Shown: positions 54,936-64,000, counted from the stretch's first letter. The stretch: DNA of 64,000 nt from Candidatus Zixiibacteriota bacterium (GCA_032123495.1 JAQBFG010000068.1:4168-68167), one strand, 5' to 3'. Numbers and translations are program-made. The notes: generated by a model from the sequence alone, not told the origin.

Positions 54936-55457
54936 CTATTTTGACATTTTTTTAATATAAGATGCAAGTCTTTTTCCATACTCATAACATGCGGTCAGGC
55001 AATGCTCGTTAGGCCCATCTTTGCCATCATTGCCGACCTGGGCAAACGGTCCCCATTGATTGGCACCTTTTCCATACCCCGGCATATCATTAACAAATCC
55101 AACCATAACCATTCCGAGTTCCAATAACGTAGAATAAAGAGAGATATGAGTCAATTCAATCCCGGAAGTGAATCCGCCGCCTGACACAAACACTCCGCCA
55201 ACTTTATTTTTGGCGGTAGAATTCATCCAGATCCGACCTGTTTTATCAAGAAAAGCTTTCATCTCATCGCCAATTGATCCCATCCGAACCGGTGAACCCA
55301 ATATAACAGCATCATATTTCAAAATATCATCAGGGTTCGTTTCAGAGGCAACCGAAAGATTTACCTCGACTCCCGATTCTTTCAAGCCTTTTTCAACAGA
55401 TTCTGCCATTCGCTTGACATGTCCATAGGCAGACTGATAAATAATAATCGCATTCAT
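54936..55457 (-). CDS. Flavodoxin-fold NAD(P)H:quinone oxidoreductase-like protein (WrbA/flavodoxin family)
   Basis: 173 aa. MNAIIIYQSAYGHVKRMAE..., DAVILGSPVRMGS, GGVFVSGGG. Confidence 0.65.
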   Translation of the reverse strand: MNAIIIYQSAYGHVKRMAESVEKGLKESGVEVNLSVASETNPDDILKYDAVILGSPVRMGSIGDEMKAFLDKTGRIWMNSTAKNKVGGVFVSGGGFTSGIELTHISLYSTLLELGMVMVGFVNDMPGYGKGANQWGPFAQVGNDGKDGPNEHCLTACYEYGKRLASYIKKMSK

Positions 55458-55531
55458 AATAAACCTTTCTCAACAATAATATTAATTTATTGCAGTATTA
55501 ACGAGAGCGGCGAAAATATATTTGTGTTATT

Positions 55532-56743
55532 TTACTGATTATCAAAAAGACGTTTATTTTCGGTTTCTGCAGATTTTTCAATATTATCGCTCTTCAAAGA
55601 ATCTTTGGTTTTGGTCTCTTCGACCGCCACCGGCAGAAGTAAAATTCCAACTTCAACCTCTTCGCGTAGAACAATCAAATAAACACCGTCTGAATCAAGT
55701 TTCTCAATAATTTTGCCCATCAGATCACGAGTGCTTCTGACCACCTCACCATTAACTCTTTTGATCAAGTCGCCGATTTGCAGACCTGCGGCATAACTAA
55801 GTCCCAAAGTATCAACATCAACAACTTCAAATAAACCAAGCGGGGTTTTTATAACCGAAAAACCAAGTCTTCCCCCGCCGGCTGAGAGTATAGTTGGTTC
55901 AGCTTCGACCGGCTTATCAGATTTTGGGCGAACAAAACTTTGCGGACGAGTCAAATTAACCAGAGCCGAATTATAAGGCTCATTGGCCAGATAGGTGACC
56001 AGCGGTGTTTCAGATGTTAACGGCCAGTTATATCGAAAATGATTTTCATAAGTGTTCCATCCCGGATTGTGTCTTTTCCAGTTTTCGGAGGAAATAATTA
56101 ATTCCAGGCTATCGGGCTGAATTATATGAACGGCAGTAGCCATCGCCAAATTTGTTGCGACAACATCAAATCGATAAGCGCTTTGCTGTAATAAGGGATG
56201 ATCCCAAAGATAATGCTGGATAGATTTTGGATCACTCACCTGTTGTATATTTCGCCCCGAAAGAAGCATGATTAAATTCATCAGTTGATGCAGCCCGGTT
56301 GGGGCCGCTTCGACATAATTTGATGTTTTGATACCTTCCAGAGGAAACAGAGCCGGGTCATACACTCGGTCGCAAGGAAGATATTTCATCAGATGAATTT
56401 TAAGATCCTCTTCAACCCATTCAATCCCGGAAAGTGAGGTCATTGTCGTCAAAATTGCATAACCGAGACTATCCCAGACAGCATAAAAAACCGAATCGTT
56501 ACGATTTACAAATCTTATATCCCGTCTGATTTCCTGTTCATTCTCATAATAAAGCGGATAAAAAGCCCGCATCAGATTCAGATTATCAATTGTGAATTCG
56601 ACTTTGGGAACATCCGGGTAAATATTATCGGCCCCAAATTGAGTCATATCAAATTGATTTGTCGTGTCCTCAGTGACCTGATCCTGCGCAAAAAGCACCG
56701 AACCGGCGAGAATAATAGCCATTATTAAAAACAGTTGTTTCAT
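55532..56743 (-). CDS. Secreted protein with an unknown N-terminal domain and a C-terminal PDZ domain
   Basis: 403 aa with a signal peptide. The PDZ-like segment is GRLGFSVIKTPLGLFEVVDVDTLGLSYAAGLQIGDLIKRVNGEVVRSTRDL. Confidence 0.55.
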   Translation of the reverse strand: MKQLFLIMAIILAGSVLFAQDQVTEDTTNQFDMTQFGADNIYPDVPKVEFTIDNLNLMRAFYPLYYENEQEIRRDIRFVNRNDSVFYAVWDSLGYAILTTMTSLSGIEWVEEDLKIHLMKYLPCDRVYDPALFPLEGIKTSNYVEAAPTGLHQLMNLIMLLSGRNIQQVSDPKSIQHYLWDHPLLQQSAYRFDVVATNLAMATAVHIIQPDSLELIISSENWKRHNPGWNTYENHFRYNWPLTSETPLVTYLANEPYNSALVNLTRPQSFVRPKSDKPVEAEPTILSAGGGRLGFSVIKTPLGLFEVVDVDTLGLSYAAGLQIGDLIKRVNGEVVRSTRDLMGKIIEKLDSDGVYLIVLREEVEVGILLLPVAVEETKTKDSLKSDNIEKSAETENKRLFDNQ

Positions 56744-56801
56744 GACTGCTAAATTAGAGCAATAACCATAACAAAATCAAGTAAATATTGGAAAAAATAA
56801 A

Positions 56802-57743
56802 TTAGTTTGCAGGAAGAATATCGGGATGGTTATTATTATTTTCAGCAAATTCTTTATTCCGAAGTTCCAGATAAAAATATGTAAACAACGAATTAAAAAA
56901 TGTTCCGAGGAAACCTTCAACAATAATAGCGACAGATAAAAAGACCGGTAGAATAACAACTAAAGAAATAATCATAAATGGCGTTGACCAGGCGCCAATG
57001 ATAAAAGCTGGAACGGCAAAAATGACGGCAAGTATGAAACCACAAATAATTATTGCTATCCAAAGAAAGGCGGTTATAATAAAAATTATAATATTTGGTC
57101 CTAAATTATTTTTAAATAGCCGAAAAGCGACACGGATTGCTTCAAAAACATGAGTTCCATTTATAACAATTTCTCGTTGCGCCAATGAGTAGACATTCGA
57201 AATTAAAAAACCGGCAAAAATAGCAACCGGTATCATGATAAGTAAAAACAAAAGGCCAAAAGCCTGAAATGCAATAATAAACAGAATCAATGGGATAACC
57301 ATCAGGGCAAAAAACGTCCCAGCGGCAAGGAGGGTTAAAAAGAAAAGTCCCAGAAATTGCCAAAAGTGTCTGGCTCCTGATAAAAACAGTTCTTTTAATT
57401 TATGACTGTCGCCATTTTCAACCCGAACCACACCCTCAATCAATCCGGCCACAGATATCAAATACAAAACAAAAAATGCCAATCCTAAAAGCATGAAGAA
57501 ACCAACCAGAGCAATCCCCAGCGCTATTCCGGGACCGCTGGTCATCCAATCAACAATTCCATCAATAAAATTGGGATCAAAATCAAAATTATTGACCCAA
57601 TCATAATTGTGAGACAAATTGGGCAGTTTATCCTCAATCCCGCCGAGATAACCCCAGGTGGCGGTAAAAAAACCGAGGACCCAGAATATTTTATGTTTCC
57701 AGGACAGATTGAAAGCGCGATTTATTATTCCAGTATAATCCAT
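56802..57743 (-). CDS. Polytopic membrane protein, function unknown
   Basis: 313 aa with about 7 hydrophobic helices. No catalytic motif recognised. Confidence 0.5.
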   Translation of the reverse strand: MDYTGIINRAFNLSWKHKIFWVLGFFTATWGYLGGIEDKLPNLSHNYDWVNNFDFDPNFIDGIVDWMTSGPGIALGIALVGFFMLLGLAFFVLYLISVAGLIEGVVRVENGDSHKLKELFLSGARHFWQFLGLFFLTLLAAGTFFALMVIPLILFIIAFQAFGLLFLLIMIPVAIFAGFLISNVYSLAQREIVINGTHVFEAIRVAFRLFKNNLGPNIIIFIITAFLWIAIIICGFILAVIFAVPAFIIGAWSTPFMIISLVVILPVFLSVAIIVEGFLGTFFNSLFTYFYLELRNKEFAENNNNHPDILPAN

Positions 57744-57819
57744 AACTATATCCTACTAATTATATACCGAATTGAATTGCAAGATAAAAACAGCTATTCC
57801 CCGCCTAATCAAATCAATA

Positions 57820-58503
57820 CTAAACAGCTGGAACCCCATTGCCGTTATATATTTTCCCGTCTTTTAGCTTTATTAATCTCTGGCAATGGTTACCAATATT
57901 CTGGTCATGAGTAATAAGAATAATAGTATGTCCATCTTTCCATAACTGATCAAATAGACTTATAATATCACCGCCCGATTTACTATCGAGATTACCGGTC
58001 GGCTCATCGGCCAGAATCAGATTCGGTTTATTGGCTAGTGCACGGGCGATAGCTGTTCTCTGCATTTCGCCGCCCGACATTTCAGTCGGTCTGTTATTGA
58101 CTTTGTCAGTCAAACCAACCTGAGCTAACAAGTCTAAAACTCTCTTTTTCCTCTGCTTACCCTTCATTCCGGCAAAAAGCAATGGGACCTCAACATTTTC
58201 AAAAGCGGTGGCATACGGAAGAAGATTAAACGCCTGAAAGACAAAACCGACCTTTTTATTGCGGACCTCGGCCAGATCATTACTTGAAAGGTCTCTCACA
58301 TTTATTCCCTCAAGAAGATAATTTCCGTCTGATGGGATATCGAGGCAACCAAGGATATTCATCAACGTTGACTTACCCGATCCGGACGGTCCCATAATTC
58401 CAATAAACTCATTGGCGCCGATTTTTAAATCAATTCCTCGCAACGCTTCAAAAGTGACATTGCCGGTATTATATTTTTTCCGAACTCCGCTCATTTCTAT
58501 CAT
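57820..58503 (-). CDS. ABC transporter ATP-binding protein (LolD/MacB-ATPase-like)
   Basis: 227 aa. GPSGSGKSTLMN (Walker A), MSGGEMQRTAIARAL (signature), LILADEPTGNLD (Walker B), and the H-loop ITHD. Confidence 0.9.
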   Translation of the reverse strand: MIEMSGVRKKYNTGNVTFEALRGIDLKIGANEFIGIMGPSGSGKSTLMNILGCLDIPSDGNYLLEGINVRDLSSNDLAEVRNKKVGFVFQAFNLLPYATAFENVEVPLLFAGMKGKQRKKRVLDLLAQVGLTDKVNNRPTEMSGGEMQRTAIARALANKPNLILADEPTGNLDSKSGGDIISLFDQLWKDGHTIILITHDQNIGNHCQRLIKLKDGKIYNGNGVPAV

Positions 58504-58522
58504 AGTCGATACCTCAAATTGA

Positions 58523-59770
58523 TCATTCGTATCTTAGCGATTCCACCGGATTAACTGAGGCTGCTTTCATAGCCGGGAAAATTCCGGCAATAAATCCAAC
58601 CACCCCCAAAATAGCGATAACAATCAATCCGATTTCAAATGAAACTGTGGGGCGGCCCATAAAGTTAATAGCATCGCTTTCAATTGGGATGCGCTTAAAA
58701 CCTTCCGTTAGAATATAACTGACCGACATCCCGGTGGCACCGCCAACCCCGACAATCAATATAGATTCTATCAGAAATTGAATCAGAATATAACTTTTTT
58801 TAGCGCCAAGAGCCATTTTAACCCCTATTTCCCGGGTTCTTTCCTTGATGGAAACATACATGATATTGGCAACCCCAACCCCTGCGATCAGTAGCGACAT
58901 CCCACCAATTAAACCAAGAAAAATCTGGATCCCCAACATAATATTGTTCATCTCCCGGGCCGAGGCGACAACATCCCAAATACTAAGCGCTTGTTCATCG
59001 GTCGGATCGAACTTGTACCTGGCACCCATAACCTCAAATAATCTTTTTTCAATCCCCTCCATATTATCAAATTCGTAAGGTTGATATATGATATGATTGA
59101 AAAATCTATTTCCGTATAGCGCTGAAAAAGTTGTCGCAGGAATTGAACCGACATTTTCATCGGGGCCGTTATACATCCCCATCTGGATTTTATCTTTCAT
59201 CACCCCGATAACCGTAAAGGGAACCGAATTTAATTTTATCTGTTTGCCAACCGGGTCCTCATCGCCAAAAAGTTTTTCCTTTATAACCCCGCCCAGGAAA
59301 ATCACTCGTCTTTTTTTATCAATATCGATATTATTTATAAATCGTCCGCCCGCCTCCGGGTAATGTGACCTGATATCTTCATAACATGGGTACACCCCGG
59401 TCAGCCGTTCGCTGAAAATTTTATCGCCATATTTATAATTAACTCCCCAGCTAACATACTCCCCGGCAACATGCTTAAGTTCCGGCATCCGTCGTTTCAG
59501 ATATTTCATATCTTCTTCGGTAAATCTGATTCTTCGGCCCTGACCAAGTCCCTCAAAAAGTTTGGTTGTCCGCCCACCCCAGACAATAACAATTCCGTCG
59601 CCGAGACCTTTTCGATTTTTGCTCATCTGCTGTTTCAGTCCCTCGCCAAAAGCGAGAAGGAGCAAAATTGCAATAGTACCCCAGGCGATTGCCGTTACGG
59701 TAAGAAGCATTCTTTTTTTCTGTTTGCGAAAATCGCGAACAAATATGTTATATAAAATACGCGGATTCAT
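58523..59770 (-). CDS. ABC transporter permease, MacB_PCD + FtsX type
   Basis: 415 aa. The layout is an N-terminal TM, a ~230-aa periplasmic domain, then three C-terminal TM helices with KERTREIGVKMALGAKK. Confidence 0.85.
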   Translation of the reverse strand: MNPRILYNIFVRDFRKQKKRMLLTVTAIAWGTIAILLLLAFGEGLKQQMSKNRKGLGDGIVIVWGGRTTKLFEGLGQGRRIRFTEEDMKYLKRRMPELKHVAGEYVSWGVNYKYGDKIFSERLTGVYPCYEDIRSHYPEAGGRFINNIDIDKKRRVIFLGGVIKEKLFGDEDPVGKQIKLNSVPFTVIGVMKDKIQMGMYNGPDENVGSIPATTFSALYGNRFFNHIIYQPYEFDNMEGIEKRLFEVMGARYKFDPTDEQALSIWDVVASAREMNNIMLGIQIFLGLIGGMSLLIAGVGVANIMYVSIKERTREIGVKMALGAKKSYILIQFLIESILIVGVGGATGMSVSYILTEGFKRIPIESDAINFMGRPTVSFEIGLIVIAILGVVGFIAGIFPAMKAASVNPVESLRYE

Positions 59771-59773
59771 ATT

Positions 59774-61009
59774 CTAAAATAATTTCAGGGCCTGCACCGG
59801 TTGAAGATTGGCGGCTCTTTTGGCCGGGAAATAGCCAGATACCAACCCGACCAGACCAAGAAAAACAATCGCTATAATTGATCCAATAAAATCGATTTCA
59901 GGGATTCCAACAAATTCATCCAATTCGAACATCGGAAATATTTTTATCAGGCCAAATCCCATCAGCCAGCCAAGTATCCCGCCAACAAATGTTAATATTA
60001 AAGTTTCTGTCAAAAACTGCATCATCACAAATTGCTTTTTGGCCCCCAGAGCCATTTTTATTCCGATCTCTTTGGTTCTTTCCTCAAGAACCACATTCAT
60101 TATATTCGAAACGCCAATTCCACCAGTTATTAGGGTTGCAATTCCAATGCCAACCAGGAAAATGCGGAAAGCCATAAAAAATGTGGTGAAAAATTCCATT
60201 CCTTCAGTTGTGTCCCAGATACCGAGTGCTTCAGTATCGCTCGGATCAAAATTATATTTAGCCGCCATCATATCATAGATATCCTGTTTGGTTCGAGCCA
60301 TCGAGATACCTTCCTCTGACTGAACCACAACATTATTAGGATAAATTCGAGAGTACATCCCGCGAAAAGTTGTCATCGGAATAATTGCTTTCCAATTATC
60401 ACGGCCACTATAAGAACTATCCTGCTCTTTCGGTTTTAGAACACCGATCACCCGAAAAGGCATGCTGTTAATCAGAACATATTCACCGATAGCGTCCTGT
60501 TCACCAAACAGTTCATTTTTTAATCTATCTCCGATGAAGACAACCCGTCGCTTCTGAAGCATATCAAGATCGTTGATAAATCGTCCACCAGCCTGGGGAA
60601 TGATATTACGCATCGGGCCAAACTCCGGCCAGATACCATTAACCTGCTGAAGTGATTTTTTCTTATTGTATTCGATTGGAATATTCCAGTTTATAAATTC
60701 GGGAGAGATCCGTCCGATCGATGGTATTCTGGCCCGCATCATCGAGACATCGTCAACCGTGATACGAATATCACGTCCGCGCGGAAGACCTTTCCAGACC
60801 TTTGAGGTCGTTCCCGGCCAGATAATAGATATATTTTCACCCATCCCTTTTTGCGATTTGATCTGCGCCTTTTGGATCCCTTTGCCAAAAGCAAAAAGCA
60901 GAACAATAGCGAGAGTTCCCCAGAGGATTCCGCCCATAGTCATAAAGGTCCGAAGTTTCTGCCGGCGTAAATCCCTGAAAAACTGTTTTATTGATAAAAA
61001 CGGTATCAT
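59774..61009 (-). CDS. ABC transporter permease, MacB_PCD + FtsX type (second, divergent copy)
   Basis: 411 aa with the same architecture, including EERTKEIGIKMALGAKK. Confidence 0.85.
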   Translation of the reverse strand: MIPFLSIKQFFRDLRRQKLRTFMTMGGILWGTLAIVLLFAFGKGIQKAQIKSQKGMGENISIIWPGTTSKVWKGLPRGRDIRITVDDVSMMRARIPSIGRISPEFINWNIPIEYNKKKSLQQVNGIWPEFGPMRNIIPQAGGRFINDLDMLQKRRVVFIGDRLKNELFGEQDAIGEYVLINSMPFRVIGVLKPKEQDSSYSGRDNWKAIIPMTTFRGMYSRIYPNNVVVQSEEGISMARTKQDIYDMMAAKYNFDPSDTEALGIWDTTEGMEFFTTFFMAFRIFLVGIGIATLITGGIGVSNIMNVVLEERTKEIGIKMALGAKKQFVMMQFLTETLILTFVGGILGWLMGFGLIKIFPMFELDEFVGIPEIDFIGSIIAIVFLGLVGLVSGYFPAKRAANLQPVQALKLF

Positions 61010-61012
61010 TTT

Positions 61013-62101
61013 TTATTCGATCTCTTTTGGCGGACGTTCAACAATTAATTCGCCCACTTCGAGTCCGCTGGCAATTTCAATGTTGATACCATCAGAAAGA
61101 CCGGTGGTAACATTTCTGGTCGCAATATTACCAGCGGTATCCTGAACCTCAACGGTGATCATTGAATCGGCCATACTGACCAGCCGTTCCGGGATCAGAA
61201 TAATATCAGTTTTTTTGGTGATAATAATATCTGCGTTGGCGCTGTAACCGGCACGTAGGAACGATTCACCGATGTCATCTAAACTTATTTCAATGTCAAA
61301 CAGGGTCGAACCTTCGTCCCGGTGGGCTTTCGGTGAGACTCTTTCCAATTTGCCATTAATAATTTCATTAGGAATTGCGCCGACCTTGATTTCCACCGGC
61401 ATTCCGATTGTTAGTTTGCCGACATCGATTTCATCGACCGTACCTTTGAAAATCAGATCTTCCATATAAGCGAGAGACATCAGATCGGTTCCGGCCTGAT
61501 ATGAAGTCAGCGGTACCACTGGATTGCCCTCTTCCACTAAGCGCGATAAAACCATGCCGGTAATAGGTGATTTGATTGTGTTATCAACTTTTAATTCGGC
61601 ATTATCGGTCTGACCCGATTGAATTAAATTTAGTTTTTCTTTAGACAGTTTAAGTCTGAGATTGGCTTCATCATAGGCTGATTGCTTGGCATCGTAATCC
61701 TGACGAGAAACCAGTTCTTTGTCTAATAATGATTGTGAGCGATCAAATTCCCGCTTGGTATTGTCAAAGGCAACTTGATAAATCTCAACTTGTCGTTTCG
61801 CCTCGGCAAATTCTATCGGGGTTGGGTCGGGGGCAACATCAATTAAGGGGTCGCCCGCCTTTACCTGATCGCCAATTTCGACATATATTTTTCTGACCGT
61901 TCCGGAAATCTTTGATTTAACCGAAATCTCTTTTCTTGGGTCAATTCGTCCGACTGCCAGTGCCTTATCAACGATTTCGCCCCTTTCGACGGTGATAGTT
62001 TTAATGGCATCTTCCCCATTGCCCGATCCACTCAGGGCAAAATAGAGAACAGCCGCAATGATTAAAACCGGAAATGTTACATACAGAATTTTTTTGATCA
62101 T
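61013..62101 (-). CDS. Periplasmic adaptor (HlyD/MacA membrane-fusion family)
   Basis: 362 aa with an N-terminal TM. It has a lipoyl-like motif (SGTVRKIYVEIGDQVKAGDPLI), a coiled-coil hairpin and a beta-barrel domain. Confidence 0.85.
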   Translation of the reverse strand: MIKKILYVTFPVLIIAAVLYFALSGSGNGEDAIKTITVERGEIVDKALAVGRIDPRKEISVKSKISGTVRKIYVEIGDQVKAGDPLIDVAPDPTPIEFAEAKRQVEIYQVAFDNTKREFDRSQSLLDKELVSRQDYDAKQSAYDEANLRLKLSKEKLNLIQSGQTDNAELKVDNTIKSPITGMVLSRLVEEGNPVVPLTSYQAGTDLMSLAYMEDLIFKGTVDEIDVGKLTIGMPVEIKVGAIPNEIINGKLERVSPKAHRDEGSTLFDIEISLDDIGESFLRAGYSANADIIITKKTDIILIPERLVSMADSMITVEVQDTAGNIATRNVTTGLSDGINIEIASGLEVGELIVERPPKEIE

Positions 62102-62199
62102 TTTGATTACTCTTTATAGTTATTGCCTAATTTCCTCTGCATATTGATATAGACGTTTTCCAAAAATAAAAGTTTCATCTGATAAAAAGTATCTATGCT

Positions 62200-62228
62200 T
62201 TGACAATTGCTATTTGTCAGCATATTAT
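62200..62228 (+). promoter_or_regulatory. Sigma70-like promoter candidate with an embedded palindrome
   Basis: TTGACA (62200-62205), a 17-nt spacer, then TATTAT (62223-62228). The -35/spacer contains the inverted repeat TGACAA-7 nt-TTGTCA. Confidence 0.4.
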
Positions 62229-62260
62229 TATACCAATTGGATTTATATGAATTATTGAAA

Positions 62261-62638
62261 ATGAATATATTTAACAAAAAGAACATATTGGCTCAATTTA
62301 TTATTGTGATTCTGGCTTTGTTTTCTGTTGTATCATGCGGGGACAAAGATAATAATTCATCAGAAAACATAAATAAGGGCAACAATGATACTGATAGTCT
62401 TGTTATAGAAATAGCCGGTTTTTCCGGGAAATCGGTCTTTGATTTGACTTTAGAAAAATATCATGTTGATTTTGTGGAGAGTTCGATGGGAATATTTGTC
62501 AAAGCGATCGATTCGATAGAATCGACACGAGATTTCGGATGGATATTTTCTGTAAATGATTCGTTTGTTCCGGTTGCTTCAAATGATTATATTACCAATG
62601 ATACTGATGTTATAAAGTGGCATTACAAAAAGTTCTAA
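62261..62638 (+). CDS. DUF4430 (transcobalamin-like) domain lipoprotein
   Basis: The ORF track TTG start (62207) lies inside the predicted promoter, so I use the ATG at 62261. A lipobox-like VVSCGD is present. GIFVKAIDSIEST..FGWIFSVNDSFVPVASNDYITNDTDVIKWHY fits the DUF4430 pattern (W.Y.VNG...G...Y.L.DGD.I.W.Y). Confidence 0.55.
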   Translation: MNIFNKKNILAQFIIVILALFSVVSCGDKDNNSSENINKGNNDTDSLVIEIAGFSGKSVFDLTLEKYHVDFVESSMGIFVKAIDSIESTRDFGWIFSVNDSFVPVASNDYITNDTDVIKWHYKKF

Positions 62639-62668
62639 ACCTAAAACTATAGTTAAAGGGAGGTTCGT

Positions 62669-63472
62669 ATGCCAAAGAATTATGACATAGACAAAATAAT
62701 CGAGGGGAAAAAACTGTTTCTGATTTCTGGCCCTTGTGCCATTGAATCGGAAAAGGTCTGTTTTACCGTCGCCGAAAAACTTCGCGAACTATCTGACAAA
62801 TATGATATTCCGGTAATTTTTAAATCATCGTATGCCAAAGCTAATCGTTTGTCGGGGGAATCATTTGCGGGACATGGCATCGGTTTTGGCTTGGATATCC
62901 TGCAAAAAGTCAAAGACGAATTTGGCTTCCCGATTTTAACCGATATTCATGAGACTTCCGAGGCAATACAGACCGCCGAGGTTGCCGATGTAATTCAGAT
63001 CCCGGCTTTTTTATGCCGCCAAACCGAACTGGTCAGAGAAGCGGCCTCAACCGGCAAATGGGTCAATATTAAAAAAGGGCAGTTTCTGTCGCCTGATGAT
63101 ATGGATAAGGTCGCCGCCAAAGCCCGTTCCGGAAAAGTGATGCTGACCGAACGAGGTTCATCGTTTGGTTATCATAACCTGGTCGTTGATTTCAGGTCAT
63201 TGATAATTATGAAAAACTTTGGATTCCCGATTGTATTTGATGCCACCCATTCACTGCAGCTGCCGGGTGGCGGCGGGAATTTCTCATCGGGTCAACCGCA
63301 ATTTGTAACACCGTTTGCCAAAGCGGCAGTTGCCATCGGAGTCAACGGACTTTTTGTTGAGACCCATCCTGATCCATTATCGGCGCTGAGTGATGCTGCT
63401 GCGATGCTGCCATTAGAGGATATGGAAACCCTGATAGTCGAGGTCAAAAGAGTGTCTGAGGCTAATCAATAA
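62669..63472 (+). CDS. kdsA: 3-deoxy-8-phosphooctulonate (KDO-8-P) synthase
   Basis: 267 aa. GPCAIESE, FKSSYAKANR, TDIHE, IQIPAFLCRQT, NIKKGQF, ERG.SFGY, DATHSLQLPGG. Confidence 0.92.
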   Translation: MPKNYDIDKIIEGKKLFLISGPCAIESEKVCFTVAEKLRELSDKYDIPVIFKSSYAKANRLSGESFAGHGIGFGLDILQKVKDEFGFPILTDIHETSEAIQTAEVADVIQIPAFLCRQTELVREAASTGKWVNIKKGQFLSPDDMDKVAAKARSGKVMLTERGSSFGYHNLVVDFRSLIIMKNFGFPIVFDATHSLQLPGGGGNFSSGQPQFVTPFAKAAVAIGVNGLFVETHPDPLSALSDAAAMLPLEDMETLIVEVKRVSEANQ

Positions 63473-63490
63473 TATTATGAAGGATAATCT

Positions 63491-64000
63491 GTGAGTAAAA
63501 AACATATCAACTTTGACGAATTGGCCGAAAGATTCAAAACGATCAAACTGCTGGCGCTTGATGTCGATGGTGTCTTAACCGACGACCATATCTTTTTCGG
63601 ACCGGATGGGTTCGAGATGAAAAAATTTCATATTTCTGATGGTTTTTACATCGTTCTTGCCCAGCGCGCCGGATTAAAGATCGCTGTTGTCTCGGGACGG
63701 TATTCGGCGGCCACGACGACGCGAATGAAAGATTTGAAGGTTAAATATATCCTGCAGGAGATGAGGGAAAAATGCGAACAAATCAAACCGCTTCTTGAAG
63801 AACTGAAACTGGAGCATTCGCAGGTCGCCTTTGTCGGCAATGAAATTCTTGATATTAAACTGGCCAAAAAGGTCGGTTTATCAATAGCAGTGGCCGATGC
63901 CGCCGAGGAACTAAAAGATGTGGTCGATTATATTACCGAGGCAAAAGGCGGTTTTGGAGCGGTCAGAGAAATACTGAAAGCATATTTTAAGGGCAATAAC
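63491..64000 (+). CDS. kdsC: KDO-8-phosphate phosphatase (HAD-IIIA), probably lacking only its last few codons
   Basis: Not in the ORF track (no stop inside the window). The GTG at 63491 is in frame to the window end: VSKKHINFDELAERFKTIKLLALDVDGVLTDDHIFFGPDGFEMKKFHISDGFYIVLAQRAGLKIAVVSGR...VAFVGNEILDIKLAKKVGLSIAVADA...GGFGAVREI. Confidence 0.8.
   Translation, partial: MSKKHINFDELAERFKTIKLLALDVDGVLTDDHIFFGPDGFEMKKFHISDGFYIVLAQRAGLKIAVVSGRYSAATTTRMKDLKVKYILQEMREKCEQIKPLLEELKLEHSQVAFVGNEILDIKLAKKVGLSIAVADAAEELKDVVDYITEAKGGFGAVREILKAYFKGNN

Noticed and set aside
62102-62260. A cobalamin riboswitch upstream of the DUF4430 gene
   Set aside because: The predicted promoter leaves a ~25-nt leader. 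No B12-box-like sequence was seen in the 159-nt spacer.
1-64000. tRNA or rRNA genes, IS elements or transposases, prophage genes and CRISPR-cas
   Set aside because: No T-loop or acceptor-like motifs appear in intergenic DNA. No long non-coding GC-rich stretches are present. There are no terminal inverted repeats flanking ORFs and no transposase, integrase or Cas-like proteins among the translated ORFs. This visual scan could miss a short ncRNA.

Overview
This is a densely coding chromosomal window of about 40% GC (judged by eye, not computed). It comes from a Gram-negative, probably uncultivated bacterium. Its cell-envelope genes look FCB-superphylum-like: a type IX secretion (T9SS) C-terminal sorting-domain cargo, a PorV/FadL-like barrel, several outer-membrane proteins ending in F, and a GH57 enzyme. 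Its translation and transcription signals are classical, with strong GGAGG ribosome-binding sites and several TTGACA-17-TATNAT promoters.

I call 56 protein genes, most of them core:
- lon (partial), pcrA/uvrD, recA, secA and rsgA
- a translationally coupled sir2 / radical-SAM / TPR-TonB_C / pyrK / pyrD / pyrF string
- kdsA-kdsC and SurA/PpiD-type foldases
- a CPA2 antiporter and a NaPi-PhoU-TerC operon
- an ABC/FtsX/HlyD efflux operon
- c-di-GMP-related HDOD and HD-GYP proteins

I recognise no rRNA, tRNA, CRISPR array, transposase, integrase or phage gene, and no canonical defence system.

The items most worth a second look are:
1. A 289-aa protein with no acidic residues (19166..20035). About 85% of it consists of two nested tandem-repeat arrays (9 x 57 nt and 7-8 x 30 nt) whose copies differ only synonymously. 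It looks like a histone-H1/Hc2-like nucleoid protein.
2. The neighbouring 720-aa secreted protein, which has about a dozen ~26-aa h-h-h-D-x-x-G-x-D-x-Y...QG-G...G-G repeats that I cannot assign to a named family.
3. A tandem LemA-associated DUF2207 duplication. It has a fossil of the neighbouring membrane-protein gene trapped between the copies, and the Gly-rich 3' ends of the two genes are identical over 69 nt.
4. A self-contained operon pairing a Cas4/AddB-like Fe-S PD-(D/E)XK nuclease with a methyltransferase.
5. A small family of GTARCCCACC...GGTGGG hairpins placed after stop codons, one of which is split by a ~52-nt insert.

All family calls rest on motif recognition from memory. No database search was run.
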